This document shows, piece by piece, positions 29,102 to 39,207 of a stretch of 64,000 nt of DNA. Every line of letters starts with the position of its first letter. The first letter of the stretch is position 1. The notes under the pieces were generated by a model. The model did not search any database. It worked only from the letters and a program-made list of their open reading frames with translations, and was not told the origin of the DNA. Both the position numbers and the translations under genes were made by a program. Origin of the DNA: an uncultured Candidatus Saccharibacteria bacterium (GTDB lineage: Bacteria > Patescibacteriota > Dojkabacteria > J137). Location of the stretch: contig OZ246402.1 in assembly GCA_965230975.1 (NCBI GenBank), positions 573,009-637,008 of the forward strand. The letters run 5' to 3'.

Positions 29102-30313
29102 CTAATCTTTAATATACTTTCTACCTTTAAGTTCTTCTGGAAAGTGCTCTTGATCCACCTTAGCATCTTTAAAGTCGTGAGCATATTTGTAGCCTTTACC
29201 ATAACCAAGCTCTTTCATAAGCTTTGTAGGCGCGTTTCTGATGTGTAATGGAACAGGTAAAGAACCATGTTTATAAACATCTTCTTTTGCGTGGCTAGAA
29301 GCCATATAAGCAGAGTTATCTTTAGGTGCTTTTGCCAAGTAAATTGCCAACTGACACAATGCAACATCGCATTCCGGCCTGCCAAGTTTTTGGCATGTTT
29401 CAAAAATAGTGTTAGCCAAAATAACAGCTTGTGGGTCTGCATTACCAATATCTTCAGATGCAAATCTAAGTAATCGTCTTGCAATGTAAAGAGGATCATC
29501 ACCTGCTTCTAGCATTCTAGTAATCCAATACACAGAGGCATTTGGGTCTGAATCTCTCATGGATTTATGCACAGCAGAAATTATATTGTAATGGTCTTCA
29601 CCTTTTCTTTCGTATTGTAAAAAGTTTTCTACCGTCTTTTTTAAAATATCTTCTGTAATCTTATTATCAACAGAAGCCATCAAAGCGCTTTCTAAAATGT
29701 TAGAAGCACTTCTTAAATCTCCATCACTAGCTTTTGCTATAAATTCTAAAACCTTTTTGCCGGCTTTTACTTCTAACCCTTCTTCTTTAACTTTACTTAT
29801 AAGCTTCTCTAGATAGTCTTGTACCTCTGTAACCGAATGCTTGTTTAGGGTGAATACCCTGCACCTAGAAAGTAAAGCTGGTATTAAACTAAAAGATGGA
29901 TTTTCTGTAGTGGCACCAATTAATGTAATAATTCCTTTTTCTACATAAGGGAGCAGAGCGTCTTGTTGAGATTTATTCCACCTGTGGATTTCGTCTAAAA
30001 ATAATATTGTCCTACTAGGAATTAATTCCATGTTACCGTTCTTTTGGTGAGCCATTGCCTTAACAATAATCTCTTTTAGCTTGTCTTTACCACTCATTAC
30101 TGCAGATAGTTTGTGAAAGTCTGCATGTATTTCTTTAGAGATTATGTAGGCTAGAGTAGTTTTGCCTGTCCCGGGTGGACCCCAAAATATTAAAGAGGGT
30201 AAGTTTTTTGTTTCTATAAATCTTCGAATAGGCATTCCTGGCCCGACTAAATGTTTTTGACCAATGTAGTCATCCAGTTTTGAAGGTCTATATTTTGATG
30301 CAATTGGTTCCAT
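29102..30313 (-). CDS. rarA: replication-associated recombination protein A (AAA+ ATPase)
   Basis: YRPSKLDDYIGQKHL..., Walker A GPPGTGKTT, sensor motifs, MgsA C-terminal domain. Confidence 0.9.
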   Translation of the reverse strand: MEPIASKYRPSKLDDYIGQKHLVGPGMPIRRFIETKNLPSLIFWGPPGTGKTTLAYIISKEIHADFHKLSAVMSGKDKLKEIIVKAMAHQKNGNMELIPSRTILFLDEIHRWNKSQQDALLPYVEKGIITLIGATTENPSFSLIPALLSRCRVFTLNKHSVTEVQDYLEKLISKVKEEGLEVKAGKKVLEFIAKASDGDLRSASNILESALMASVDNKITEDILKKTVENFLQYERKGEDHYNIISAVHKSMRDSDPNASVYWITRMLEAGDDPLYIARRLLRFASEDIGNADPQAVILANTIFETCQKLGRPECDVALCQLAIYLAKAPKDNSAYMASSHAKEDVYKHGSLPVPLHIRNAPTKLMKELGYGKGYKYAHDFKDAKVDQEHFPEELKGRKYIKD

Positions 30314-30368
30314 GAGTTATTAATTCAAAAGTATACTAAGTATAGCTCTAGTATACCGATTGATGATA

Positions 30369-31181
30369 TTAATTTAAGAAGTCTTTAATTGTAAATTGGT
30401 TAGGTTTTGTTTTTTCTAAATCTTCCCACTCAATTGGCAATGAAATAGGCGCACCTTCTCTTGCCCTTGTAGAATAGGCTGCAACGGTTGTTGCTCCTCT
30501 GGAATTTCTTAAATAGTCTATAAATATCTTACCCTTGCGTTGGTCTTTAGTCACAACTGTGGTGTATAAATCGTTTTGTAATGCTAGTTTGTCGGCTATT
30601 TCTTTTGCATAGGCATGAACATAGTCCCAATTCTTTTTTTCTCTCATTGGTGCGATTATATGAAACCCTTTTCCACCTGATGTTTTTAAAGTTGGCTTAA
30701 AACCTCTAGATTCTAACTCTGCTTTTATATCTCGGGCACACTTGTAAACATGTTTAAAATCTAAATCTTCGTCTGGGTCTAAATCAAAAATCATTCTATC
30801 TGGATGTTCATAGTCAGAAAGCCGGCTATTTGTTGTATGAAATTCTAATACGCCAAGATTTAATAGGTAAAGAATGTCATCAATTTGATCTATTTCAATA
30901 TAATAATCAGTATGTCCATCCTTCTCTTTTATTTTTACGCGTTCTATATACTCAGGAAACGATTCTGATGGGTGTTTTTGAACAAATTGAATATCTCCAC
31001 CTAGGCCGTGAGGGCTTCTTATTAATGTTATTGGTCTGTCTTTAAGCTCTTTTAATATTAGTTTTTCTACCTTTAAATAGTAATTTACGAGTTCTAGCTT
31101 GGTTATTTTAGATTTAGGGAAAAGTATTTTACTTGGATGTGTTATTTTTATACTTCTGATTGTTATAAAATCATTGTCCAT
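30369..31181 (-). CDS. stand-alone LigD-type polymerase (primase-polymerase) domain protein
   Basis: ITHPSKILFP..TKLELVNYY..RPITLIRSPHG..FDLDPDEDLDF..KTSGGKGFHI..IDYLRNSRGATTVAAYSTRAREGAPIS matches the NHEJ LigD PolDom pattern. Confidence 0.75.
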   Translation of the reverse strand: MDNDFITIRSIKITHPSKILFPKSKITKLELVNYYLKVEKLILKELKDRPITLIRSPHGLGGDIQFVQKHPSESFPEYIERVKIKEKDGHTDYYIEIDQIDDILYLLNLGVLEFHTTNSRLSDYEHPDRMIFDLDPDEDLDFKHVYKCARDIKAELESRGFKPTLKTSGGKGFHIIAPMREKKNWDYVHAYAKEIADKLALQNDLYTTVVTKDQRKGKIFIDYLRNSRGATTVAAYSTRAREGAPISLPIEWEDLEKTKPNQFTIKDFLN

Positions 31182-31267
31182 AAACTTAGTATATATTATT
31201 GTTTTTGTTTATAAAAGTTAGTTTTACATTTGGTTGGTAGGGTATCTCTTCAAAATTTAAAAAAAAT

Positions 31268-31290
31268 TTAGTTCGTATTACGAACGAACT
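31268..31290. promoter_or_regulatory. Nested palindromes in the divergent promoter region (candidate operator)
   Basis: gttcgt-att-acgaac (perfect 6-3-6) nested inside tagttcg-N9-cgaacta, between ligD-pol (minus) and the GATase gene (plus). Confidence 0.35.
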
Positions 31291-31346
31291 ATTTAAAAAT
31301 GGCTTTGAAAACGATATAGTTATATATTAGAAGTTAATTTCCTGTA

Positions 31347-31916
31347 ATGAAAATATTAATTGTTGATAATTTAACCTATAACTCTGAGTATTTAAAATCT
31401 CTTTTAAAAGATCATCAGGTAGATGTACAAATTTACAAGCAATTACAACTAGCAAGCTTGAATGAGTATGATTTATATATCCTAACTGGAACACATCATA
31501 ATTATATGGGAACAGTGATAGAAGAATGGGACAATTTATTATCAGAAAGAGAGTTGATAATGGATTCAAACAAACCTATTATTGGAATTTGCTACGGTTA
31601 TGAACTTATAGCAACTGTTTTTGGTTCAGAAATAGATTTTTACGAGCAAAGAGTACGGGGAGATTATAAAATTAAATTTATTAAAGATATTGGCTTAGAT
31701 ATCAATAAAGAATATACAGTTTATGGTAACCACTTATTGTATATTTCCAAAGTCGGACAAGATTTAGAAACTATAGCTTCATCTGAGCATGGCCCAGAGA
31801 TAATTAAGCATAAAACAAAGCCAATTTACGGACTACAATTTCACCCAGAAAAAGAAGCTGAAACAACAGATGGAGATGAGATCCTGTTAAAAATTTTGGA
31901 AAGCTTTACTGCCTAA
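31347..31916 (+). CDS. class I glutamine amidotransferase-like protein
   Basis: Nucleophile elbow GICYGYE; catalytic His in LQFHPE. Confidence 0.7.
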   Translation: MKILIVDNLTYNSEYLKSLLKDHQVDVQIYKQLQLASLNEYDLYILTGTHHNYMGTVIEEWDNLLSERELIMDSNKPIIGICYGYELIATVFGSEIDFYEQRVRGDYKIKFIKDIGLDINKEYTVYGNHLLYISKVGQDLETIASSEHGPEIIKHKTKPIYGLQFHPEKEAETTDGDEILLKILESFTA

Positions 31917-33117
31917 AAATCACTTCTTCTCTTGTAAACATCTTTACACAAACATAAAGCACCACAAAGAAAAGAATAGTAGTAGTAAGTAAAGAAAGCA
32001 AAAAATTTGTAGCAATAAATTGCCCAAGCAAAATCTGCTTTAACATAGCAACCTGCCCAACAAGAGGAATAGCAAAAATAAATGCAGAGGTATTTGCATC
32101 AAAAGCCTGCCCACTTAAACCAACAAAAATAGAACCCATAATTAATGGCAAAGTATATAACCCACCCTCTTTCGCATTTCTTGCATAAATACCAAGTAAA
32201 ACCAACAATGCTGCAATTAAGCAAGATAAAGGTAATAACACAATAAATATTTGACCTAAAATCTCTGGAGTAATATGTATGGAACCCAAATCTGGGGTAT
32301 TAACATTCCCACCGGTAGTTGCCCCACCAAACAATGCCCCTGGCAAAATACCAAAAGCAATAACCATAGAACTTACATTCAAAACCAAAGAGAGAAGAGA
32401 AAATACTAAAATTGCACCAATCTTTGACAGTCCTATAGTAATTCGAGAAGCATTCAAACTTAAAGTTGTAGCCAACGTATTCTTTTCTTTTTCACCTGCA
32501 GTTAACTCTATAGCAAACTGAGCTGCACCTTGAATTAACCCTAATATAATAATGTAAGGCAATAAAAACAAAATAAACGAACTTTGAGCTGGTTTATTTT
32601 GAACCTCTTGCAAAGTAACAGCACCAAAATTAACCGGATTTAATTGAAGTTCATCTATGGCTAAATTTGCCAAAAGCTTTGACCTTTCTATAGCAGAAAA
32701 CTGTTGGACCAAAGCTTGAACTTTTGCCAAAGAAGCAGATGAAATATTTGATGTTTGGTCAAAAACGTATCTTGAATTAGTTATTGTCTTTTCAACTGAA
32801 ATTTCAAGGTAACCTGAAATCTTTTTGTTTTCTAAATCCTGCTCGTAATTATCAGAATTCACTACTTTAACTATGCCAGAATCTTTAATGTAATTTGCTA
32901 AATCTTGATTTGCATTTGCATCTTTAATGGCAATCACTACCTCTTCTTTTTCTAGTTGTTGTCTTTGAAAATTATCTAATGCACCAACACCAAGAATTAA
33001 CATTGGTGTCAAAAACAAAGATAGTGCAATAAAAGAAACAAAAGATTTTCTATCTCTAGTAATTGTTAAAATCTCTTTTTTAAAAAGTATCCAAAAATGT
33101 CTAGTGTTCATAATCAC
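31906..33117 (-). CDS. ABC-2 family transporter permease
   Basis: N-terminal TM, large extracytoplasmic loop, five C-terminal TMs; coupled to the upstream ATPase (4-nt overlap). Confidence 0.6.
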   Translation of the reverse strand: MIMNTRHFWILFKKEILTITRDRKSFVSFIALSLFLTPMLILGVGALDNFQRQQLEKEEVVIAIKDANANQDLANYIKDSGIVKVVNSDNYEQDLENKKISGYLEISVEKTITNSRYVFDQTSNISSASLAKVQALVQQFSAIERSKLLANLAIDELQLNPVNFGAVTLQEVQNKPAQSSFILFLLPYIIILGLIQGAAQFAIELTAGEKEKNTLATTLSLNASRITIGLSKIGAILVFSLLSLVLNVSSMVIAFGILPGALFGGATTGGNVNTPDLGSIHITPEILGQIFIVLLPLSCLIAALLVLLGIYARNAKEGGLYTLPLIMGSIFVGLSGQAFDANTSAFIFAIPLVGQVAMLKQILLGQFIATNFLLSLLTTTILFFVVLYVCVKMFTREEVIFRQ

Positions 33118-33896
33118 AATTTATCACTAACTAAATCAAAAAATATTTGTTCAATGCTATCTTTCTTAAATTGCTTTTTAAGCTCTTTTACTTCACCTTT
33201 GGCCAAAATTTCACCTTTATGAATTATCGCAACATCGTCACAAAGTTCTTCGGCATCTGGCATTATGTGCGTACTGTAAAGAATAATTCTACCCTCATCT
33301 TTAAGTTTTAAAATTTGATCTTTAACTGCTCTTGAGGCAAAAATATCTAAACCATTAGTTACTTCATCAAAAATAATAACTTCTGGGTTTGTTACTAAGG
33401 CTCTGGCAATTGAAGTTTTTTGCTTCATACCTGTAGAAAAGTTAATACAAATGTCGTTTAAAAATTCTTCCATTCCAAGTTTTTGTGATATTTCAATAAT
33501 TCTCTTTTCTAAGTCTTCACTTTTGATTCCAGAAAACTCTCCAAACATTTTCATAATTTCGTAAGGGGTTAGTCTATCAAAAACTTGAGTCTCTCCAGAA
33601 ACAAAGCCCAGTTTCATTTTTAAATTGTAAATTTTTTTGTATTGTTGCCCATCTAATGTTATATCTCCAGAATGTGGGTAAGTTAGATTGGCGATTATTC
33701 GCATAGTAGTTGTTTTACCCGCACCATTGGCACCAATAAGCCCAAATATTCTGCCAGGTTTTGCTTCAAAAGAAACCCCTTTAATACCCACCTTAGACTT
33801 TTGTTTGGTTTTTTTATCTGTTCTGGTGAATAGTTTTGTTATGTTTTCTACTTTAAGCATAAAGCTTAGTATACTCCCAACTATTTTTATATTCAA
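33114..33896 (-). CDS. ABC transporter ATP-binding protein
   Basis: Walker A GANGAGKTT, signature FSTGMKQKTSIARAL, Walker B IIFDEVTNGLD. Confidence 0.85.
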   Translation of the reverse strand: MNIKIVGSILSFMLKVENITKLFTRTDKKTKQKSKVGIKGVSFEAKPGRIFGLIGANGAGKTTTMRIIANLTYPHSGDITLDGQQYKKIYNLKMKLGFVSGETQVFDRLTPYEIMKMFGEFSGIKSEDLEKRIIEISQKLGMEEFLNDICINFSTGMKQKTSIARALVTNPEVIIFDEVTNGLDIFASRAVKDQILKLKDEGRIILYSTHIMPDAEELCDDVAIIHKGEILAKGEVKELKKQFKKDSIEQIFFDLVSDKL

Positions 33897-33998
33897 GCAA
33901 TTGTCTTAACATACTATGATATCGAGGTTTTGGCATTTTATTGTGTTCTAAATTTTTTTTAATTAATATATAATTTGTAATATCTATTAAAAAACTGC

Positions 33999-34436
33999 AT
34001 GGATAATTCAGAACAAAATATTTCTAAAAAAAAGAGATTAATGCAAAAAGCATCAAAGATGAAGGAAAAAGTACCAACAAAACAGGTTGGGGACTTTTGG
34101 TCTGATTTTAGAGATTTCGCTTTTAAGGGCAATATTATTGAATTAGCTGTTGGAGTTGTAATTGGTACAGCATTTAATAATTTGGTTCAGTCTTTAGTTA
34201 CAAATATAATTATGCCTCCAATAGGTAAGCTTTTGGGTAATACATCTTTTACTAATCTTTTTATAGATTTATCTGGGAGTAACTATGAAACTTTGTTGCA
34301 GGCAACTACTGCTGGGGCACCAGTTATAAAATATGGTTTGTTTATTAGCAATATGATAGATTTTTTAATAATGGCACTAACTATTTTTATTGTTATAAGA
34401 TTTGTTTTAAGAGTTAAAAAGGAGGAAAAATCTTAA
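33999..34436 (+). CDS. mscL: large-conductance mechanosensitive channel
   Basis: FKGNIIELAVGVVIGTAFNNLVQSLVTNIIMPPIG matches the MscL TM1 signature; 145 aa. Confidence 0.85.
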   Translation: MDNSEQNISKKKRLMQKASKMKEKVPTKQVGDFWSDFRDFAFKGNIIELAVGVVIGTAFNNLVQSLVTNIIMPPIGKLLGNTSFTNLFIDLSGSNYETLLQATTAGAPVIKYGLFISNMIDFLIMALTIFIVIRFVLRVKKEEKS

Positions 34437-35173
34437 TGTATAATTTAATAAAACTTCTTTATAAAAATTTTAAATACAATTTCGACTATTTGAAAGACTT
34501 TTCATATTTTCTTTTAAAATCTTTTAATTTAAAAAAAGATAAAAAATATGGTTTTGATAAAGATCTTTTCACTGTAGATCAGCTAGGTAATCCCAATCCC
34601 GTAAAGGTCACAGAGTACTATGGCTTTATAAACGACCCTGCCGCGGCAAAACGTTTTGGGACTTCGGATCTTGAAGAGTATAGTTTTTGGAGTTGGAGAT
34701 CTTGTGGCGTTGCAAATGTGGTATCAATTTTAAAAACTTTTAATAAGTATGATGGTACTTTATTTGATTTGGTTAGCGAGCTAAAAACCAAAGAGGGTTA
34801 TTTGTTTCAAGATCATTATGGCAATAAAGATTTGGGCTGGAAGCATTTTACTCTTATTAATACTTTAGAAAGTTATGGTTTTAAATCAAAATTACTTAAA
34901 AGAGTAACTCCATACAGAGTTTTACTTGAAATATTAGGTGGAAAAGTAGTAATTGCATCGGTTAAAAGTAATTTAAGATTCGAAGGAAGCCATATGATAA
35001 TTGTTAAAGGCTTTTCCAAAACAAAAAAAGGACTTGTTTTAAACATATTCAGCTCTTACAATTTAGATGGATTAGGAGGAAATACTACAATGCCATTTAA
35101 AGAGTTTAGGAGAGATTTTTTAAGGAAAGGTATAAGCGTTGATTTCAATAGTATACCAACCAATACTATATAG
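34436..35173 (+). CDS. C39-like (papain-fold) peptidase domain protein
   Basis: SWRSCGVANVVSIL resembles the C39 catalytic Cys motif. Confidence 0.4.
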   Translation: MYNLIKLLYKNFKYNFDYLKDFSYFLLKSFNLKKDKKYGFDKDLFTVDQLGNPNPVKVTEYYGFINDPAAAKRFGTSDLEEYSFWSWRSCGVANVVSILKTFNKYDGTLFDLVSELKTKEGYLFQDHYGNKDLGWKHFTLINTLESYGFKSKLLKRVTPYRVLLEILGGKVVIASVKSNLRFEGSHMIIVKGFSKTKKGLVLNIFSSYNLDGLGGNTTMPFKEFRRDFLRKGISVDFNSIPTNTI

Positions 35174-35174
35174 T

Positions 35175-35831
35175 ATGAATATAGTTGTACTACATGGTTG
35201 GGGTCAAAATTCAGAATATTGGCAAGAAATATCTTCAAAATTTGATAACTCACTTACATTAGATTTACCCGGATTTGGGAATACACCATTAATAGATTCA
35301 AACTGGGGTATTGCAAATTACGCATCATGGGTAGTTAACCAAATAGAGTCTAAGGGTTTAAAAAATGTAGTACTTGTAGGACACTCTTTTGGTGGTAGGA
35401 TTGCAAGTTACGTAGCTAGTCAAAACCCGGAGTGGTTAAATTTGCTAGTGCTTTATGGCGCACCTTGCATTTACAGACCATCTTTAAGTTTAAAGATGAA
35501 AACAAGGCTTTTTAAAATTTTAAAAAACCTAGGAATAAAAAAGAAGCCAAAAAATTCTGAATTAAATATCGCAGATTCAAACGGTATGGGAAAAATTTTT
35601 AGAAAAGCAGTTGTTTTTGATCAAACAGAAATCTTACCTAAGATAAAAGTCCCTACTTTGTTAATTTGGGGTGAAAAAGATTTTGATGTCCCACTTTCTA
35701 TAGCAAAGGAAATGCATACCCTTATTCCAAAAAGCCAACTTGTAGTATTAAATAACCTTGGACATAATGCACATTTAGAAAACCCAAATCTTTTTTATGG
35801 AACAATTAAAAACTTTATACAGAATAATTAA
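35175..35831 (+). CDS. alpha/beta hydrolase
   Basis: Nucleophile elbow GHSFGG; HGWG oxyanion region. The ATG at 35175 is preferred over the track TTG at 35139. Confidence 0.7.
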   Translation: MNIVVLHGWGQNSEYWQEISSKFDNSLTLDLPGFGNTPLIDSNWGIANYASWVVNQIESKGLKNVVLVGHSFGGRIASYVASQNPEWLNLLVLYGAPCIYRPSLSLKMKTRLFKILKNLGIKKKPKNSELNIADSNGMGKIFRKAVVFDQTEILPKIKVPTLLIWGEKDFDVPLSIAKEMHTLIPKSQLVVLNNLGHNAHLENPNLFYGTIKNFIQNN

Positions 35832-37173
35832 TTTAGTACTTCCACTTTCAGACTTTTTCTATATTCTTCAAATAGAGGAGTATTCAAGCAAAAGATTTAT
35901 TAAGTGGTTGCCCTTATACTTTTTTAAAAGAGATTTTCAAAAAAGAGATAGCTTGAAGTTTACCAAGCGAGTAAAAATAAGTATATTCTTCACTTTGATT
36001 ATTTGGATTACCTCCCTTTTGGTTATTGTTAGTTTACTAAACGAAGTATTTATTCAAATTTTAATTCTTTTATTATGGAGCTTATTAACACCCATTTTTG
36101 TGCTAATAGGTAATACTTTAGTATCGCCCTATTTTGAGTATAGGAAGAGTGCTATTAGGGCTCTATCAGTTGAAAAAATAAATTCTAATCCAAATCTGAA
36201 GATAATATTAATTGCAGGAAGTTATGGTAAAACAACAACCAAAAATTTTATATATCAATTGGTTCAGTATAGCTACAAAACACAAATGATACCTGGCAAT
36301 ATTAATACTCCTGCAGGGATTGCTAATTGGGTAAATAACAGCTTGCAGACTTCTACACAATTGCTTATTGCAGAAGTAGATGCCTATGAAGTTGGCGAAA
36401 TAGCTAAAAGTTGTAGTATTTTAAAAGCAGATATTTCAGTTTTAACAAATATTGGTGATCAACATTTAGAGAGGTTTGGAAACGTTGGGAATCTTGCAAT
36501 GGCGTTATCCGAGGTTTTTGCCTTCTCTAAACCAAATGCAAATCTAATAACAACTTCTGATGTTCTAAATACACTAACTAATAAAGAGTTTGGTTTAAGG
36601 GAGTTAACAATTATTAAACCACATGCAGTTTTAAAATATAATAGTGAAGCCCTAGATGTATCTCATTTATCTCAAACTAACCGTACTAATTTGAACTTTG
36701 CACTTTGTGTTGCTAGCATTCTAAATGTTCCTTCAAGGTTCGTTGTTGATTCGGTTGCAAAATTAGAGTTACCAGACAGAAGGCAAAAGCCGAGCACTAT
36801 TTTTGGTTATCAGGCTATAGATGATTCATATAATATAAGTTATTCAACTGCACTAGCAGGTATTAATTTTGCAAAAGAAGAGTCGAAAAAAGCTAATAAA
36901 AAACTATTGGTTATAACAGCAGGGATTCCAGAACTTTCAAATGATAATAAAGATAAGAATCAATTACTTGGAAGTTTTTTAGAAAAAAATGCTGACTATA
37001 CTGTTGTTTTAAAAAGCATCTTATATAAAGATATCTTGAGCGGGTTTACCAATAATGAAAAATATATTCTAGTTAAAGATTTAAAAACTTTTATTAAAGA
37101 TATAAATCCAAATTTTACTAAAGATGAGTGGTTTCTATTGTTACAGCCAGAGTTAAATGACTTGTATTATTAA
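35797..37173 (+). CDS. Mur ligase family protein (MurF-like) with a hydrophobic N-terminal extension
   Basis: ATP-binding P-loop IAGSYGKTTTKN, Mur ligase central-domain layout. The first about 110 aa contain two predicted TM helices. Confidence 0.55.
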   Translation: MEQLKTLYRIINLVLPLSDFFYILQIEEYSSKRFIKWLPLYFFKRDFQKRDSLKFTKRVKISIFFTLIIWITSLLVIVSLLNEVFIQILILLLWSLLTPIFVLIGNTLVSPYFEYRKSAIRALSVEKINSNPNLKIILIAGSYGKTTTKNFIYQLVQYSYKTQMIPGNINTPAGIANWVNNSLQTSTQLLIAEVDAYEVGEIAKSCSILKADISVLTNIGDQHLERFGNVGNLAMALSEVFAFSKPNANLITTSDVLNTLTNKEFGLRELTIIKPHAVLKYNSEALDVSHLSQTNRTNLNFALCVASILNVPSRFVVDSVAKLELPDRRQKPSTIFGYQAIDDSYNISYSTALAGINFAKEESKKANKKLLVITAGIPELSNDNKDKNQLLGSFLEKNADYTVVLKSILYKDILSGFTNNEKYILVKDLKTFIKDINPNFTKDEWFLLLQPELNDLYY

Positions 37174-38312
37174 CTAACGCTTTCTATAAATTTATCTATA
37201 ATATCTGTAGAGTAGTTTAGGGTTTGGCCTTTTGAGGAATCAAAATCAATAATAGATTGCTCAATTAAATCTGTAATTTGTTGCTTAAACTGAATTCCGC
37301 TAGCTTCCCATAAATAAAAAGCCATAGAACCAGGTATAGAATTTATCTCAGTTAAATAAAGTTGATTTTCACATACCATAAAATCAATTCTAACCATACC
37401 TTTACATCTACACGCTAAGAATGCTTTTTTTGCTGACTCTTGAATTTGTTTCTTTAAGTCATCAGAAATTTTTGCTGGCAAGTCTCTTTGTAAAGAAGCC
37501 ATTCCACTTGTACCACCTGTTTTTTTAGCTCCGCTTTGGTATTTATCGGCAAAACTTAAAATCTCATCTTTTGAAATTGGTTTCTCAATCTCACTGGTTT
37601 GTAAGTTTCCGTTTACTAGTCTAACAGAACAATTGTATTCAATAATATTAGTCAAAAATTTTTCTACCAATATTTCTGAATCTATAAAAGAAGCTTCTAA
37701 TAAAAACTTTTCGAGTTCAACTTCTGTCTTTGCTACTTTTATTCCAATGCTAGAGCCAAGGTGTACGGGCTTTATTATTAAGGGCAGATTAAGATCTCTA
37801 ATTATATTCTTAGTTATGCTTACAGAATTCTCTTTTATATCTAAAGCCTTTACGCTAAGGCCAGGTACAACATTTACACCAGCTAATTGCACTTGTTCTT
37901 TTGTTAATTGTTTATTCATCAAAATTGTAGACGATTCTTTAGATGATGATGTGTAAGCAATATTAAAGCTTTCCATCATTCCCTGAATAGCTCCATTTTC
38001 GCCGTTTCCTCCATGAAACGCTAAGTAAGCCGAATACGGGTAGATCTTTTTGTTACTTAAACCTTCAGAGAACTCTATAAAGCCACCATTTTCATCGCAT
38101 CCAAACTTTACATTAATTTGTTTTGAATTTTTAAAATCATTTCGAGACTTTAAATGCTTAAGCAGCTTAAATACTCCATTTTTATTTATGTATATTGGTA
38201 GTGGCGTGTATATTTCTAAGTCAATATTTTCAATAACTTGAAGACCTGTAATTATAGATACTTCGTGTTCGGGGGAAATTCCACCAAACATTATAAGTAC
38301 ATCTTTTTTCAT
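37170..38312 (-). CDS. ddl: D-alanine--D-alanine ligase family ATP-grasp enzyme
   Basis: N-terminus LIMFGGISPEHEVSIITG, ATP-grasp motifs, C-terminal E..N catalytic region. Confidence 0.7.
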   Translation of the reverse strand: MKKDVLIMFGGISPEHEVSIITGLQVIENIDLEIYTPLPIYINKNGVFKLLKHLKSRNDFKNSKQINVKFGCDENGGFIEFSEGLSNKKIYPYSAYLAFHGGNGENGAIQGMMESFNIAYTSSSKESSTILMNKQLTKEQVQLAGVNVVPGLSVKALDIKENSVSITKNIIRDLNLPLIIKPVHLGSSIGIKVAKTEVELEKFLLEASFIDSEILVEKFLTNIIEYNCSVRLVNGNLQTSEIEKPISKDEILSFADKYQSGAKKTGGTSGMASLQRDLPAKISDDLKKQIQESAKKAFLACRCKGMVRIDFMVCENQLYLTEINSIPGSMAFYLWEASGIQFKQQITDLIEQSIIDFDSSKGQTLNYSTDIIDKFIESVS

Positions 38313-38315
38313 AAT

Positions 38316-38774
38316 TTAAATCTTATTAGCTAAATAAATAGATGTCAAAGCCAGATTTCCCCACCAGCATGTAAACGAGATTATAAAACTTATTGCAATT
38401 TTCATCTGCATAGAATTACTTAATAACTGAGTAGATCTACCTTCTTTTTCCTGTTTTAATAATGCAGGGCTTATATAAAAAGATAAAAAACATCCATTCA
38501 AAATCATGGCAATTATAGATATTACTTGTAGGTTAACAAATGAGGGTGCCCCAAATTTAGAATATGTAAGAAACAATCCAATCATTACCAAAATCATACC
38601 AATCCAAATTAAAGGTTTAGTAACTTTGTGGCTTCTAATAGTTGCTTCGGTCCAATAAGATGATTTAGTACCTAAAAATCCAAGAAGATCAATAACTGTT
38701 ACTGCACCTTGCCCTATAACAAAACCTGCTATTAAAATAAATATTGGTAAAGCTGAATCGAATTCTATATTCAT
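38316..38774 (-). CDS. integral membrane protein, hypothetical
   Basis: Four predicted TM helices. Confidence 0.45.
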   Translation of the reverse strand: MNIEFDSALPIFILIAGFVIGQGAVTVIDLLGFLGTKSSYWTEATIRSHKVTKPLIWIGMILVMIGLFLTYSKFGAPSFVNLQVISIIAMILNGCFLSFYISPALLKQEKEGRSTQLLSNSMQMKIAISFIISFTCWWGNLALTSIYLANKI

Positions 38775-38842
38775 AACGAATTAAAAAAGAGATATAAATA
38801 AATTGTAACAAAAAGAATTAAGCTAGTATAATTCATCACTTT

Positions 38843-39094
38843 ATGGAAAATACTATTTTATTAATACAAGACTTAGATTCTGTAAGCGCAGAGAGTGTGT
38901 CGTTAATAGTAGATATTTTAAATAAAAAGAACATAAGCAAACCCGAGTATTTATTCTTTTTAGAACTTTATAAGAATATCAGGGCAAATTGTATACAAAA
39001 TAAAGCCAGTCTTTATATAGCACTGCTAGATTACAGAGATGGCAAGAATAAAAATTTATTAAAATTCTGCTCTTTTATTAAAACTGAATCTTAA
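38843..39094 (+). CDS. hypothetical small protein
   Basis: ORF only. Confidence 0.35.
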   Translation: MENTILLIQDLDSVSAESVSLIVDILNKKNISKPEYLFFLELYKNIRANCIQNKASLYIALLDYRDGKNKNLLKFCSFIKTES

Positions 39095-39153
39095 CAATTT
39101 TAGTATAAGTTTCTAAAATGTGAAATTTTGACAACAATTAGCTAAACTATTTC

Positions 39154-39181
39154 TTGCAAAATATTCTCAACTCTCTATAAT
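39154..39181 (+). promoter_or_regulatory. Putative sigma70-type promoter for the giant surface protein gene
   Basis: TTGCAA-16 bp-TATAAT, 27 bp upstream of the start at 39208. Confidence 0.4.
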
Positions 39182-39207
39182 AAAGTATTACGTATAATTT
39201 CATATTC

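Noticed and set aside
31268-31290. Calling the palindrome a LexA/SOS box
   Set aside because: The S24 protein here lacks a DNA-binding domain. The motif matches neither the CTGT-N8-ACAG nor the GAAC-N4-GTTC consensus, and I found no second copy upstream of other repair genes in the window.
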